A stretch of DNA of 64,000 bases from Oscillospiraceae bacterium (lineage in GTDB: Bacteria > Bacillota > Clostridia > Oscillospirales > Acutalibacteraceae): the NCBI GenBank assembly GCA_029012445.1, contig JAQXMC010000012.1, forward strand, positions 4,293 through 68,292. The letters are read 5' to 3'. Of the stretch, positions 52,011-63,193 are shown piece by piece. The notes under the pieces are model-generated. The model made no database searches and was not told the DNA's origin. It saw only the letters and a program-made list of their open reading frames with translations. The position numbers and the translations under genes were made by a program. Within the stretch, counting starts at the first letter, position 1. Each line of letters starts with the position of its first letter.

Positions 52011-52814
52011 ATGTCAATACCACAGGAAGCATTATATTCAAACAAAATATTCTTAAATGCTGCTCTTCCCCTCGTTAAGGTCATTGCAACCGATGTTCCG
52101 TCTCTTGCGAAGAAGTTTGAACACGCTCACGCGGTCATTCAGGTCAGCTGTCTCAACCCCGAGGTACCGGAAGGAAAAGTCGGTATGCACTTCGTTGTCA
52201 ACAGCGGCGAATGGCTCGTTCACACCTGCCTGACGAAGGACCCCCACATCGAGCTTCAGTTCAAGAGCGTTGAGGCTCTCAACGGCTTTTTCAAGGGTAA
52301 CATCACACTCGGCGCAATCCCGAAAATTCACGGCATAAAGAAAGCCGGAGTGCTTGTCGCCTTTGTTCAGGTTCTTCTCAAGATGGCCTCCCTTCTCGGC
52401 GCGGACAAAGCCCCCGAAGATGAAGAAACACAGAAGCTCATGGTCAAATGCTTCTTCTATCTTCTCACGAGCGGTATCAGCCAGCTTAATAAGATGGGCC
52501 ACCCCGAGATCCACGAGTGGGCTTCAAAATCGCCCGACAGAGTTTATGCTCTCGCGGTCAACGATCACCCCGAGGTTTCGGCTTATATCAGAGTCAAGGC
52601 GGGCAAAACAAGAGCCGGCAGAGGCGAATATAAGAGAGCCATGCCCTTCTTCACACTGCGTTTTGACTCCTTCAAGAGTGCGCTCGGCATTCTTCTCGGA
52701 ACAGACGATATGCTTGAATCAACAAAGAACGGAAAGCTCATCATGGACGGTGCTCCGGAATTCGGCGCGCAGCTCGGCGGTTTCCTTCTGATGATCGGCG
52801 ATCTCGCAAAATAA
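52011..52814 (+). CDS. SCP2-like double-module protein, paralog 2
   Basis: 267 aa with the same layout as 47968-48726 (IELQFKSVEALNGFFKG.., TLRFDSFKSALGILLGTDDMLESTKNGKLIMDG). Confidence 0.5.
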   Translation: MSIPQEALYSNKIFLNAALPLVKVIATDVPSLAKKFEHAHAVIQVSCLNPEVPEGKVGMHFVVNSGEWLVHTCLTKDPHIELQFKSVEALNGFFKGNITLGAIPKIHGIKKAGVLVAFVQVLLKMASLLGADKAPEDEETQKLMVKCFFYLLTSGISQLNKMGHPEIHEWASKSPDRVYALAVNDHPEVSAYIRVKAGKTRAGRGEYKRAMPFFTLRFDSFKSALGILLGTDDMLESTKNGKLIMDGAPEFGAQLGGFLLMIGDLAK

Positions 52815-52827
52815 GCAATATTTTGTT

Positions 52828-52864
52828 AAAAGCGTTGTATCTCTGCGATACAGCGCTTTTTTTC
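52828..52864 (+). terminator. intrinsic terminator of the SCP2/aminotransferase/transketolase operon
   Basis: AGCGTTGTATC/GATACAGCGCT stem followed by TTTTTTT. Confidence 0.8.
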
Positions 52865-52978
52865 TTTTCCGTTGCGTATTTTTTGATTTTTCCGTCCGTT
52901 TCGGTGATTTTAACTATTTAAAGCTTCCTACACGGCCATAATTTTTCTGTTTTTGAGGCTCGTTTTCGTTTAATTTTC

Positions 52979-53007
52979 TTGCATATTCATCTGTTTTCTG
53001 CTATAAT
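52979..53007 (+). promoter_or_regulatory. promoter of dnaA: TTGCAT-17-TATAAT
   Basis: Read on the plus strand, 56 nt upstream of the TTG start. Confidence 0.6.
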
Positions 53008-53063
53008 AAAGTGTATGCTTTTATTGTGTGTTATTGTATTCATTTATATAAGGAGGAATAGCT

Positions 53064-54407
53064 TTGGACTCTTTTTCGGAATTGTGGGAGCTTGTCAGAG
53101 AGGATATGAAAGTTTCCGTTAAAGAAGCCGCTTATAATGTCTGGCTCGAGCCTCTTGAGTTTGTTAAATATGAAAATAATAAAATTACTCTGAGAATAAA
53201 TGCCGATTTCAAAAGAAATGTTATTCTTGATAAATTTTCGACCGTTATAAGAGATTCTGTTGAAAATGTTTTCGGTTTTGCCGTTGACATTGAAATAATT
53301 CTTCCCGGCGAAGAAAAAATAGAAGAAGAAGGAAAAATTGATTCCGCAACGAAAAAGGCAATGAATAAATATAACTATTCTTTTGATAATTTCGTTATCG
53401 GTTCATCAAACAAATTTGCTCACGCCGCCGCTCTCAATGTTGCCAACAACCCCGGCGGTTCATATAATCCTCTTTTTATCTACGGTCATTCGGGACTGGG
53501 CAAAACCCATCTTCTCTGCGCAATTCAGAAGCAGATATTAAAAAACAATCCCAAGGCCAACATAATTTATACAAGCGGCGAGCTTTTCACAAATGAGCTC
53601 GTTCACTATATCAGTCTGAGAGACACCCACACCTTCCACGAAAAATACAGAAATGTCGATGTTCTTCTGATAGACGATATTCAGTTCATATCAAAAACCG
53701 TCAGCACTCAGGAGGAATTTTTCCACACCTTCGACTATCTCATTCAGAAGGGAAAACAGGTCGTTCTCACCTCGGACAGGCCCCCGAAAGAAATGGTCAC
53801 TCTTGAGGAAAGACTGAGAAACCGCTTCGAGTGGGGACTCATGGCCGACATTCAGCCGCCCTCGGTCGAAACGAGAATGGCAATCGTCAAGCTGAAAAGC
53901 GACGAGCTTGGAATCACACTTTCAGACGATATCATCAAATACATAGCGGAACACATCAAAAAGAATGTCCGTCAGCTTGAGGGAATCGTTAAAAAGATGG
54001 AGGCCTATTATAACCTTTATATGGTAAGCCCGACTCTCGAGGATGTCAGAAACATGATCTCGGACCTCATAAACGACGATCAGCCGTATCCCGTCACGGT
54101 CGACAACATTATCAAAGAGGTCGGCCGGATATTCGATGTTTCACCCGTTGAAATAAAATCTGAAAAAAGAAACGCCAATATTGTTCTCGCAAGGCAGGTC
54201 GCTATGTATATCGTTCACGAAACCACAAATTTGTCTCTTCAGAATATCGGCAACGAATTCGGAAAAAAGCATTACACAACTGTTATGCACTCACTGAGTG
54301 AAATAGAAAGCAAGATGGCAAAAAATGTCACGCTGAGAGCGACGGTGGACGATGTTCTTAAAAATCTGATGGAAGATTACAACATTGATAACGGCTTTCA
54401 CGATTGA
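53064..54407 (+). CDS. dnaA: chromosomal replication initiator protein DnaA
   Basis: TTG start 7 nt after AAGGAGG. Contains NPLFIYGHSGLGKTHL, LLIDDIQF, and the C-terminal DNA-binding helix HYTTVMHS. Confidence 0.97.
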   Translation: MDSFSELWELVREDMKVSVKEAAYNVWLEPLEFVKYENNKITLRINADFKRNVILDKFSTVIRDSVENVFGFAVDIEIILPGEEKIEEEGKIDSATKKAMNKYNYSFDNFVIGSSNKFAHAAALNVANNPGGSYNPLFIYGHSGLGKTHLLCAIQKQILKNNPKANIIYTSGELFTNELVHYISLRDTHTFHEKYRNVDVLLIDDIQFISKTVSTQEEFFHTFDYLIQKGKQVVLTSDRPPKEMVTLEERLRNRFEWGLMADIQPPSVETRMAIVKLKSDELGITLSDDIIKYIAEHIKKNVRQLEGIVKKMEAYYNLYMVSPTLEDVRNMISDLINDDQPYPVTVDNIIKEVGRIFDVSPVEIKSEKRNANIVLARQVAMYIVHETTNLSLQNIGNEFGKKHYTTVMHSLSEIESKMAKNVTLRATVDDVLKNLMEDYNIDNGFHD

Positions 54408-54694
54408 AACAAAAGAGTTTTCCACACTTTTCCATGTGGAAAAGTAAAAAGTTATTCATGTTTTTAATAATTTCTTGAAAGCAAATATAATAACTTAAAA
54501 TTTTCCTTTTCTTTTCAACATGGTCTGAATTGCTTTCAGACGCCCTAAAATATAGCCCCGAAGAGAGTTATCCACATTTTCTCATGTACTACTAATACTA
54601 CTAAATAAATTATTTCATTCTTATGTTTTTTGAGTGAAAAAATCGGACGAAAAAATAATCTTCATATTTTAAAACACGATCGGAGGTCAAAAAA
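54408..54694. other. oriC-like region in the dnaA-dnaN spacer (DnaA boxes, trinucleotide array, AT-rich stretch)
   Basis: TTTTCCACA at 54418-54426, inverted TGTGGAAAA at 54435-54443, and a perfect TTATCCACA at 54568-54576. These are followed by TACTACTAATACTACTAAA at 54587-54605 and an AT-rich run. Confidence 0.75.
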
Positions 54695-55813
54695 ATGAAA
54701 ATCGTTTGTGAGACAGCAGTTTTATATAAGGCGTGTCAGAATATCCAGCGTTCCGTTTCAACAAAGGGTACGCTTCCGGCTCTCGAGTGTATTTTGCTCG
54801 ACGCTCTCGGGGACGGCGTCAATCTGACGGGATACGACCTTGAAATAGGCAGTGAAACATATATTCCGGCGTTTGTTGAAGAAAAGGGAAAAATAGCTCT
54901 TAACGCCAGACACCTTTGCGATATTCTCAGACTTCTGCCCGGAAACAAGGTGCTTCTCTCGACAGACGAAAAAAATGTCTGCACTATTTCAAGCGAGGAC
55001 ACTGAATATTCAATTATAGGAACAGACGCCGAGACATATCCGGACCTTCCGAGCGTCAACGGAGTTTTCCCGATAGTTGTCAATCAGGGCGTACTCAAGG
55101 ATATGATAAGAAAGACTATTTATGCCGTTTCTATCGTTGACACAAAGCCCGTTCACACGGGAATAAAATTTGAAATAAGCAAAGGTCAGATAATTTTAGT
55201 CGCTCTCGACGGCTTCCGCCTCGCAATCAGAAGAGAGCATATTGACTATGACGGCGATTTTATGCAGTTCGTCGTTCCCGCCAAGACGCTCAACGAAATT
55301 CTGAAAATATCCGATGACGACGAGGGAGTTTTCACTATCAGCGTCGGAAAAAGACACATCGTTTTTCAGGTCGGCGAATACAAGATAATTTCAAGACTTC
55401 TCGAGGGAGAATTTCTTGACTATAAATCGGCAATCCCGACTTCCTACACAACAAAAATAACCGTTGACACAAAGGATCTCATCGAAAGCGTTGAAAGAGT
55501 TTCACTTCTTGTTTCTTCGGAAAAAATAAAAACGCCGATACGCTGTCTCGCCGAGGACAATATGATAAACCTTTCAAATATCACCTCTGTCGGCAGAGCA
55601 AAGGACCGCTGCATCGCCGACACAACGGGCAACAGCATTGAAATCGGCTTTAACGCAAGATATATGCTCGACGCTCTGAAGGTCTGCGACGAAGAAAGAG
55701 TCAATATTGAACTGAACAGCAGCGTCAGCCCGATAATAATAACACCGATTGAAAAAGATAATTTTCTGTTTCTGATATTACCGATGAGGCTTAAAAATGA
55801 GATTGAAAGTTAA
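54695..55813 (+). CDS. dnaN: DNA polymerase III beta sliding clamp
   Basis: 372 aa with a three-domain clamp pattern, positioned after dnaA. Confidence 0.95.
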   Translation: MKIVCETAVLYKACQNIQRSVSTKGTLPALECILLDALGDGVNLTGYDLEIGSETYIPAFVEEKGKIALNARHLCDILRLLPGNKVLLSTDEKNVCTISSEDTEYSIIGTDAETYPDLPSVNGVFPIVVNQGVLKDMIRKTIYAVSIVDTKPVHTGIKFEISKGQIILVALDGFRLAIRREHIDYDGDFMQFVVPAKTLNEILKISDDDEGVFTISVGKRHIVFQVGEYKIISRLLEGEFLDYKSAIPTSYTTKITVDTKDLIESVERVSLLVSSEKIKTPIRCLAEDNMINLSNITSVGRAKDRCIADTTGNSIEIGFNARYMLDALKVCDEERVNIELNSSVSPIIITPIEKDNFLFLILPMRLKNEIES

Positions 55814-56042
55814 GATAGCTGATAAAGAAGAAAAAATTCTTGAGATAACAACTGAATTTATCCGCCTTGACAGCGCAATGAAGCTTGCGGCCATAGCCGG
55901 AACCGGAGGAGAAGCAAAAATGCTCATTCAGGACGGTCTGGTTAAGGTCAACGGCGAAAAATGCGAGAGCAGAGGAAAAAAGCTACGGGACGGGGACAGC
56001 TTTGAATTCAAGAGAACCGTCTGGAAAATAAAAAACATTTGA
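55797..56042 (+). CDS. yaaA: S4-domain RNA-binding protein YaaA
   Basis: 81 aa containing [46 protein letters not shown], located between dnaN and recF. Confidence 0.85.
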   Translation: MRLKVKIADKEEKILEITTEFIRLDSAMKLAAIAGTGGEAKMLIQDGLVKVNGEKCESRGKKLRDGDSFEFKRTVWKIKNI

Positions 56043-56052
56043 GGAAAAGAGA

Positions 56053-57144
56053 ATGAAGCTGACACAGCTCAATATAGAAAATTTCAGAAATATAGAAAAA
56101 ATGAATATTGAGCCCTGCGATAAAGTCAATGTCATTTTCGGTGAAAACGCCCAGGGCAAGACAAATATTCTTGAGGCAATCTGGCTTTTCACAGGCTGCC
56201 GCTCATTCAGAGGAACAAAGGATAAAGAGCTTATCACCTTTGATAAAGACAGGGCGGAGCTTTCCGTCGGGTTTTTCTCAGAGGGCAGAGAGCAATATAT
56301 GAATATCACCATAGACGAAAAGAGAAAAATATCCAAAAACGGAATAGCTTATCCCTCCTGCGCGAAAGCGGTCGGCGAGTTTATCTGCGTCGTTTTTTCT
56401 CCGGCGCATCTGTCTTTGATAAAGCAGGGACCGGCGGAAAGAAGAAAATTCGCCGATATAGCGATAAGTCAGCTCAAACCCAACTATGCGCTGCTTCTGA
56501 CCGAATACAACAGAGCGGTCAGACAGAGAAACTTTCTTTTAAGAGACGCCGCTTTCCACAGCGAGATATATGACACTCTCGACATCTGGGAGGACAGAAT
56601 TGCTCACTACGCGTCAAAAATAGCGAAATACAGACTCAGCTATATTGATAAGCTGAGAGAAGAAGTTACCGGGATTTACCGGGGAATATCATCAAACAAA
56701 GAAGAAATAGAGCTTGAATATGTTCAGTCGGAGGATAAGAAAAATTTCACCTCAAAGGAAGAATACAGAGAAAGGCTGAAAAAAGCGAGAAAAGAAGATA
56801 TGGCTTCAGGCAGCACCTCGGTCGGAATTCACAGGGACGATATCGAGATAAAAATAAACGGAGTTTCGGTGAGAAAATTCGGCTCGCAGGGGCAGCAGAG
56901 ATCGGTGGCTCTTGCGCTCAAGCTCGGCGAAGCGGGCGTTATAAAAAGCGTGACCGGCGAACAGCCCGTTGCCCTTCTTGATGATGTTATGAGTGAGCTT
57001 GATATTTCAAGACAAGACTATATACTGAACCGGATCAGAGACTGGCAGGTATTCATAACCTGCTGCGACCCGAACACGATAAAGCACCTCAAAGAAGGAA
57101 AAAGCTTTGAAATAGAAAAGGGCAGAATAAAAGACTGCGGGTGA
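56053..57144 (+). CDS. recF: DNA replication/repair protein RecF
   Basis: Contains LNIENFRNIEKMNIEP, GENAQGKTNILEAI, the signature GSQGQQRS and LLDDVMSELD. Confidence 0.95.
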   Translation: MKLTQLNIENFRNIEKMNIEPCDKVNVIFGENAQGKTNILEAIWLFTGCRSFRGTKDKELITFDKDRAELSVGFFSEGREQYMNITIDEKRKISKNGIAYPSCAKAVGEFICVVFSPAHLSLIKQGPAERRKFADIAISQLKPNYALLLTEYNRAVRQRNFLLRDAAFHSEIYDTLDIWEDRIAHYASKIAKYRLSYIDKLREEVTGIYRGISSNKEEIELEYVQSEDKKNFTSKEEYRERLKKARKEDMASGSTSVGIHRDDIEIKINGVSVRKFGSQGQQRSVALALKLGEAGVIKSVTGEQPVALLDDVMSELDISRQDYILNRIRDWQVFITCCDPNTIKHLKEGKSFEIEKGRIKDCG

Positions 57145-57148
57145 AAAT

Positions 57149-57415
57149 ATGTTTTTACATTTAGGCAACGCAACCGTCGTTCATCAGGACGATATAATCG
57201 GAATTTTTGACCTTGATAACACAACCGTTTCAAAGGCGACAAGAGATTATCTGGCGAAAGCCGAAAAGGCCGGCAGAGTGGTCAATGTTTCGGCGGAGCT
57301 GCCGAAATCGTTTATTGTCTGCGAAAACGAAAAGAAAGAAATAACCGTCTATATCTGTCAGCTGTCGACTGCGACGCTGTTAAAAAGAATAGACAGCTTA
57401 GTTGATATAAAATAA
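57149..57415 (+). CDS. remB: DUF370 / RemB-like protein
   Basis: 88 aa containing GIFDLDNTTVSKATRDYL, located between recF and gyrB as in Bacillus. Confidence 0.8.
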   Translation: MFLHLGNATVVHQDDIIGIFDLDNTTVSKATRDYLAKAEKAGRVVNVSAELPKSFIVCENEKKEITVYICQLSTATLLKRIDSLVDIK

Positions 57416-57448
57416 AAAACGAAACCGAATTCAAACGGAGGAAAATAA

Positions 57449-59455
<2,007 letters not shown>

Positions 59456-59503
59456 GAGCTTTCTGCCCGAAAGGAAAAAAGAACAAACGGAAAGGGTAAG
59501 AAA

Positions 59504-60070
59504 ATGAAAGAAACAACACTGATATATAAACAATCCCTGGATGAAAACATAAACGAAGAGCTGAAATATCAGAAGAAATACGGAGCGCTCACAAAAAAGA
59601 AGCTCCTGTCGCCGATTCTGTTTTATCTTGCGCTGTCGGCCGCAATATTTCTGCTTTCTTTGTTTGATAACAGCCGGGAGCTCGGCTCCGATCCCGTTAT
59701 GATCGCCATGCTGGTGATAATCATAATTGCGGGCGCTGTCATTCAGCCAATATTATCAAAAAAATCCACCGAAAAAAATATAATTTCAAAAGCTGCCGTT
59801 TATTATGATTTCAGCCTTGACTCAAAAAAGCCGAATCAGATAACGCTCAGCGAAAACGGAATCGAGCTTCTCTCTCCCTACGGCAAAGCCCATGTTCCCT
59901 ATGAGGAGGCGGAAAGAGTCATCAGCGACAAATTCTGCTTTGTGATAAAGCTCAAGGGAACAGATCAGATGCGGGTTATACCGAAAAGAGGGCAGGACCC
60001 CAAGACACTTTTCGATTTTGATAATATTTTCAGAGAAAAGCTCGCCGACCGGTTTGTTTATGAAATGTGA
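59504..60070 (+). CDS. YcxB-like membrane protein, copy 1
   Basis: 188 aa with two central TM helices and a C-terminal beta-rich module. Confidence 0.6.
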   Translation: MKETTLIYKQSLDENINEELKYQKKYGALTKKKLLSPILFYLALSAAIFLLSLFDNSRELGSDPVMIAMLVIIIIAGAVIQPILSKKSTEKNIISKAAVYYDFSLDSKKPNQITLSENGIELLSPYGKAHVPYEEAERVISDKFCFVIKLKGTDQMRVIPKRGQDPKTLFDFDNIFREKLADRFVYEM

Positions 60071-60080
60071 GGGTGAGAAA

Positions 60081-60650
60081 ATGAGCGAAATAACACTAAG
60101 ATACAGACTGACCCTTGAGGATCTGCTGAATTTCAACAAAATCGCGCTCAGCGGCAATTTCAGATCAATGAGAATAGCCTCAATGTTTCTCGCCGTTCTG
60201 ACCGGCGGCCTGTTCATAGCAACGGGAATGAAGCTGACGGGCATTGGCTTCGCTGCGGCGTTTCTGCTTTCGGGGCTAATTTATCCGGCAATAGTCCGCA
60301 GAAAAACAAAAAAGGCTCTCGGCTCTTCGTTCTTTCTCAGCCACGATCTGCAGCTTGAATTTTATAACGATCACCTCGTTGAAAAAATGCTGCCGACTCA
60401 GGAAAGTGCGCTTGAAACGGAAAATCACATTCCGTTTGAAAAGATAATCCATATCACCGAAAGCGACGATCTGTTTCTTTTCCTAATTTCGCCGCTTGAA
60501 GCGATAGTTGCGCCGAAAAGAGCTTTCTCGGATGAGGACAGAAAAAAGCTTTTTTACCTGATTCAGAATCTGTTTTCTGATAAATTTGACAGGATAAATC
60601 TTGATAAAATCATGAAAGAAGATAAATCCAACAAAGGAAAAAGAGGTTAA
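60081..60650 (+). CDS. YcxB-like membrane protein, copy 2
   Basis: Same layout as copy 1. I prefer the ATG at 60081 (GGGTGAG SD) over the track start at 60018. Confidence 0.6.
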   Translation: MSEITLRYRLTLEDLLNFNKIALSGNFRSMRIASMFLAVLTGGLFIATGMKLTGIGFAAAFLLSGLIYPAIVRRKTKKALGSSFFLSHDLQLEFYNDHLVEKMLPTQESALETENHIPFEKIIHITESDDLFLFLISPLEAIVAPKRAFSDEDRKKLFYLIQNLFSDKFDRINLDKIMKEDKSNKGKRG

Positions 60651-60655
60651 AGAAT

Positions 60656-63166
60656 ATGGATAATATCACGAACCCATACGAAAACCAAAAAATTATAAAT
60701 GTCGATCTCAACAAAGAGATGAGAAAATCCTTCCTTGACTACTCGATGTCGGTCATCACCTCCCGCGCTCTGCCCGATGTCAGAGACGGAATGAAGCCCG
60801 TTCACAGAAGGATACTCTACACGATGTTTGAAAATAACCTTTATCCCGATAAGCCGTACCGCAAGTGCGCGGACACGGTCGGCTCGGTGCTCGGCCGCTA
60901 TCATCCCCACGGCGACGCCTCTGTCTATGACGCAATGGTCAGACTGGCGCAGGATTTTTCCACAAGATATATGCTCGTGGACGGTCACGGCAACTTCGGC
61001 TCGGTCGACGGCGATCCCCCGGCGGCTTACCGTTACACAGAAAGCAGAATGAGCAAGATATCGCTCGAAATGCTCACCGATATCGACAAGGATACCGTCG
61101 ATTTCATGCCGAACTATGACGACAGACTGAAAGAGCCGACTGTTCTCCCGTCGAGATTCCCGAATATTCTTGTCAACGGCTCAACGGGCATTGCCGTCGG
61201 CATGGCGACAAATATCCCGCCGCACAACATGAGAGAAACGATAGACGGAATGTGTTATCTCATCGATAATCCGGACGCTTCTCTCGAAGAGCTGATGGAA
61301 TATATCAAAGGCCCCGATTTTCCGACCGGAGGCATCGTTATGGGCAGAGCCGGAATAAGAGCGGCCTACGCCACCGGGCGGGGCAAGATCCTTGTCAGAG
61401 CAAAGACAGAGATAAAAGAGGGCAAAAACGGAAAATATCAGATAGTCGTTTCAGAGCTGCCATATCAGGTCAACAAAAAGCGACTGATCGAATCCATCGC
61501 CGACCTTGTCAAGGATAAAAGAATCGACGGAATTGCGGATATCAACGACTACACCGACAGAAAGGGAATGCACCTTGTTATCGATCTGAAAAGGGACGCA
61601 AACCCCCAGGTGCTTCTGAATCAGCTTTTCTCTCTGACTCAGCTCCAGGTCACCTACGGAATAATTATGCTCGCCCTTGTTGACGGCGTTCCGAAAATTC
61701 TTTCGCTGAAGGATATTCTGACGAACTACATAAAGTTCCAGGAAGAAGTCATCACAAGAAGAACAAGATATGACCTTAAAAAGGCGCAGGAGAGAGAACA
61801 TATTCTTGAGGGACTCAAAAAGGCGCTCGACTTTATCGACGAGGTCATCGCAATTCTCAAAGCGTCGAAGGATCAGGCGTCTGGCAGAGCCGCCCTCATG
61901 GAGCGTTTTGATATCGACGAGGTCCAGGCTCAGGCGATAGTCCAGATGAGACTCGGCCAGCTGACCGGACTTGAAAGAGAAAAAATAGAGGCTGAGCTTC
62001 TTGAATTGAAAGAAAAGATAGCCGAATTTCAGGATATTCTTTCAAGCGAAACGAGAGTTCTTCAGATAGTCAAAAACGAGGCGAAGAAGATCGGCGACAA
62101 ATTCGGCGACGACAGACGGACGGAGATAGTCAATGTCAGCGGCGAGGTCGATATAGAAGATCTCATTCCCGTTGAGGACTGTGTTTTCACGATGACGAAC
62201 ATGGGCTATATCAAGCGCCAGCCCGTTGACGCATATTCTATCCAGAACAGAGGCGGCAGAGGCATAAAGGGCATGAACCGCCGGGAAGAGGATATCGCAA
62301 CAACGATGTTCACCTGCGGCTCACATGATTATATAATGTTCTTCACCTCAAAGGGCAAGGCTTACAGACTCAAGGGTTATGAAATCCCCGAGGGAAGCAG
62401 AACGAGCCGCGGAACGAATATAATAAATCTTCTGCCTATCGAGACTGACGAAAAGGTCAGCGCAATGATAAGAATACCGCATTATGAAGAGGGGCAGTAT
62501 CTCGTTATGGTAACGAGAAAGGGCATTATCAAGAGAACAAGTCTCGACGCATATAAGAACCTGAGAAAGTCGGGCGTTATTGCGATAAATCTCGATGAGG
62601 ACGACGAGCTTGCATGGGTAAAGCTGACAGACGGAGACAGCGATATCATCGTGGCAACGAGAAAAGGAATGAGCATACGCTTCAGAGAGACCGACGCCAG
62701 AGAGCTGGGCAGAACGGCGAGAGGCGTTAAGGCTATCACACTCAGAGATGACGACGAGGTCGTCGGCATGGGCATTGTCGAAGAGGGCAAGAAGATCCTC
62801 ACTGTCACCGAGACGGGCTACGGCAGACTCAGCGATCCGGAGGATTACAGGCTTCAGTCAAGGGCCGGCAAGGGCGTCACCAACTACAAAACCGACAAAT
62901 ACGGCCTTGTTGCTTCGATAAATATAATTGATGATAAAAACGACTTGATTATTATTTCTTCAGATGGTATAATCATTCGTATTCCCGCTTCACAGATCAA
63001 CACCGTTGCCAGAGGCGCAAAGGGTGTCCGGGTCATGAAGGTCAATGAAAATGAAAGAATAGTTTCTGTTGCGGCGGTGGAAACCGCGCAGGAGAGCGAA
63101 GAAGAGAAAGCCGCTGACGGCGAAGAAGCCGCCGGAAGCGAGAACAGCGGACCCGAGCAGGAATAA
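60656..63166 (+). CDS. gyrA: DNA gyrase subunit A
   Basis: Contains [34 protein letters not shown] (QRDR) and the catalytic-Tyr context AAYRYTE, with beta-pinwheel repeats and an acidic tail. Confidence 0.97.
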   Translation: MDNITNPYENQKIINVDLNKEMRKSFLDYSMSVITSRALPDVRDGMKPVHRRILYTMFENNLYPDKPYRKCADTVGSVLGRYHPHGDASVYDAMVRLAQDFSTRYMLVDGHGNFGSVDGDPPAAYRYTESRMSKISLEMLTDIDKDTVDFMPNYDDRLKEPTVLPSRFPNILVNGSTGIAVGMATNIPPHNMRETIDGMCYLIDNPDASLEELMEYIKGPDFPTGGIVMGRAGIRAAYATGRGKILVRAKTEIKEGKNGKYQIVVSELPYQVNKKRLIESIADLVKDKRIDGIADINDYTDRKGMHLVIDLKRDANPQVLLNQLFSLTQLQVTYGIIMLALVDGVPKILSLKDILTNYIKFQEEVITRRTRYDLKKAQEREHILEGLKKALDFIDEVIAILKASKDQASGRAALMERFDIDEVQAQAIVQMRLGQLTGLEREKIEAELLELKEKIAEFQDILSSETRVLQIVKNEAKKIGDKFGDDRRTEIVNVSGEVDIEDLIPVEDCVFTMTNMGYIKRQPVDAYSIQNRGGRGIKGMNRREEDIATTMFTCGSHDYIMFFTSKGKAYRLKGYEIPEGSRTSRGTNIINLLPIETDEKVSAMIRIPHYEEGQYLVMVTRKGIIKRTSLDAYKNLRKSGVIAINLDEDDELAWVKLTDGDSDIIVATRKGMSIRFRETDARELGRTARGVKAITLRDDDEVVGMGIVEEGKKILTVTETGYGRLSDPEDYRLQSRAGKGVTNYKTDKYGLVASINIIDDKNDLIIISSDGIIIRIPASQINTVARGAKGVRVMKVNENERIVSVAAVETAQESEEEKAADGEEAAGSENSGPEQE

Positions 63167-63193
63167 ATCAAAATATCTTAGGGATGTGAAAAA

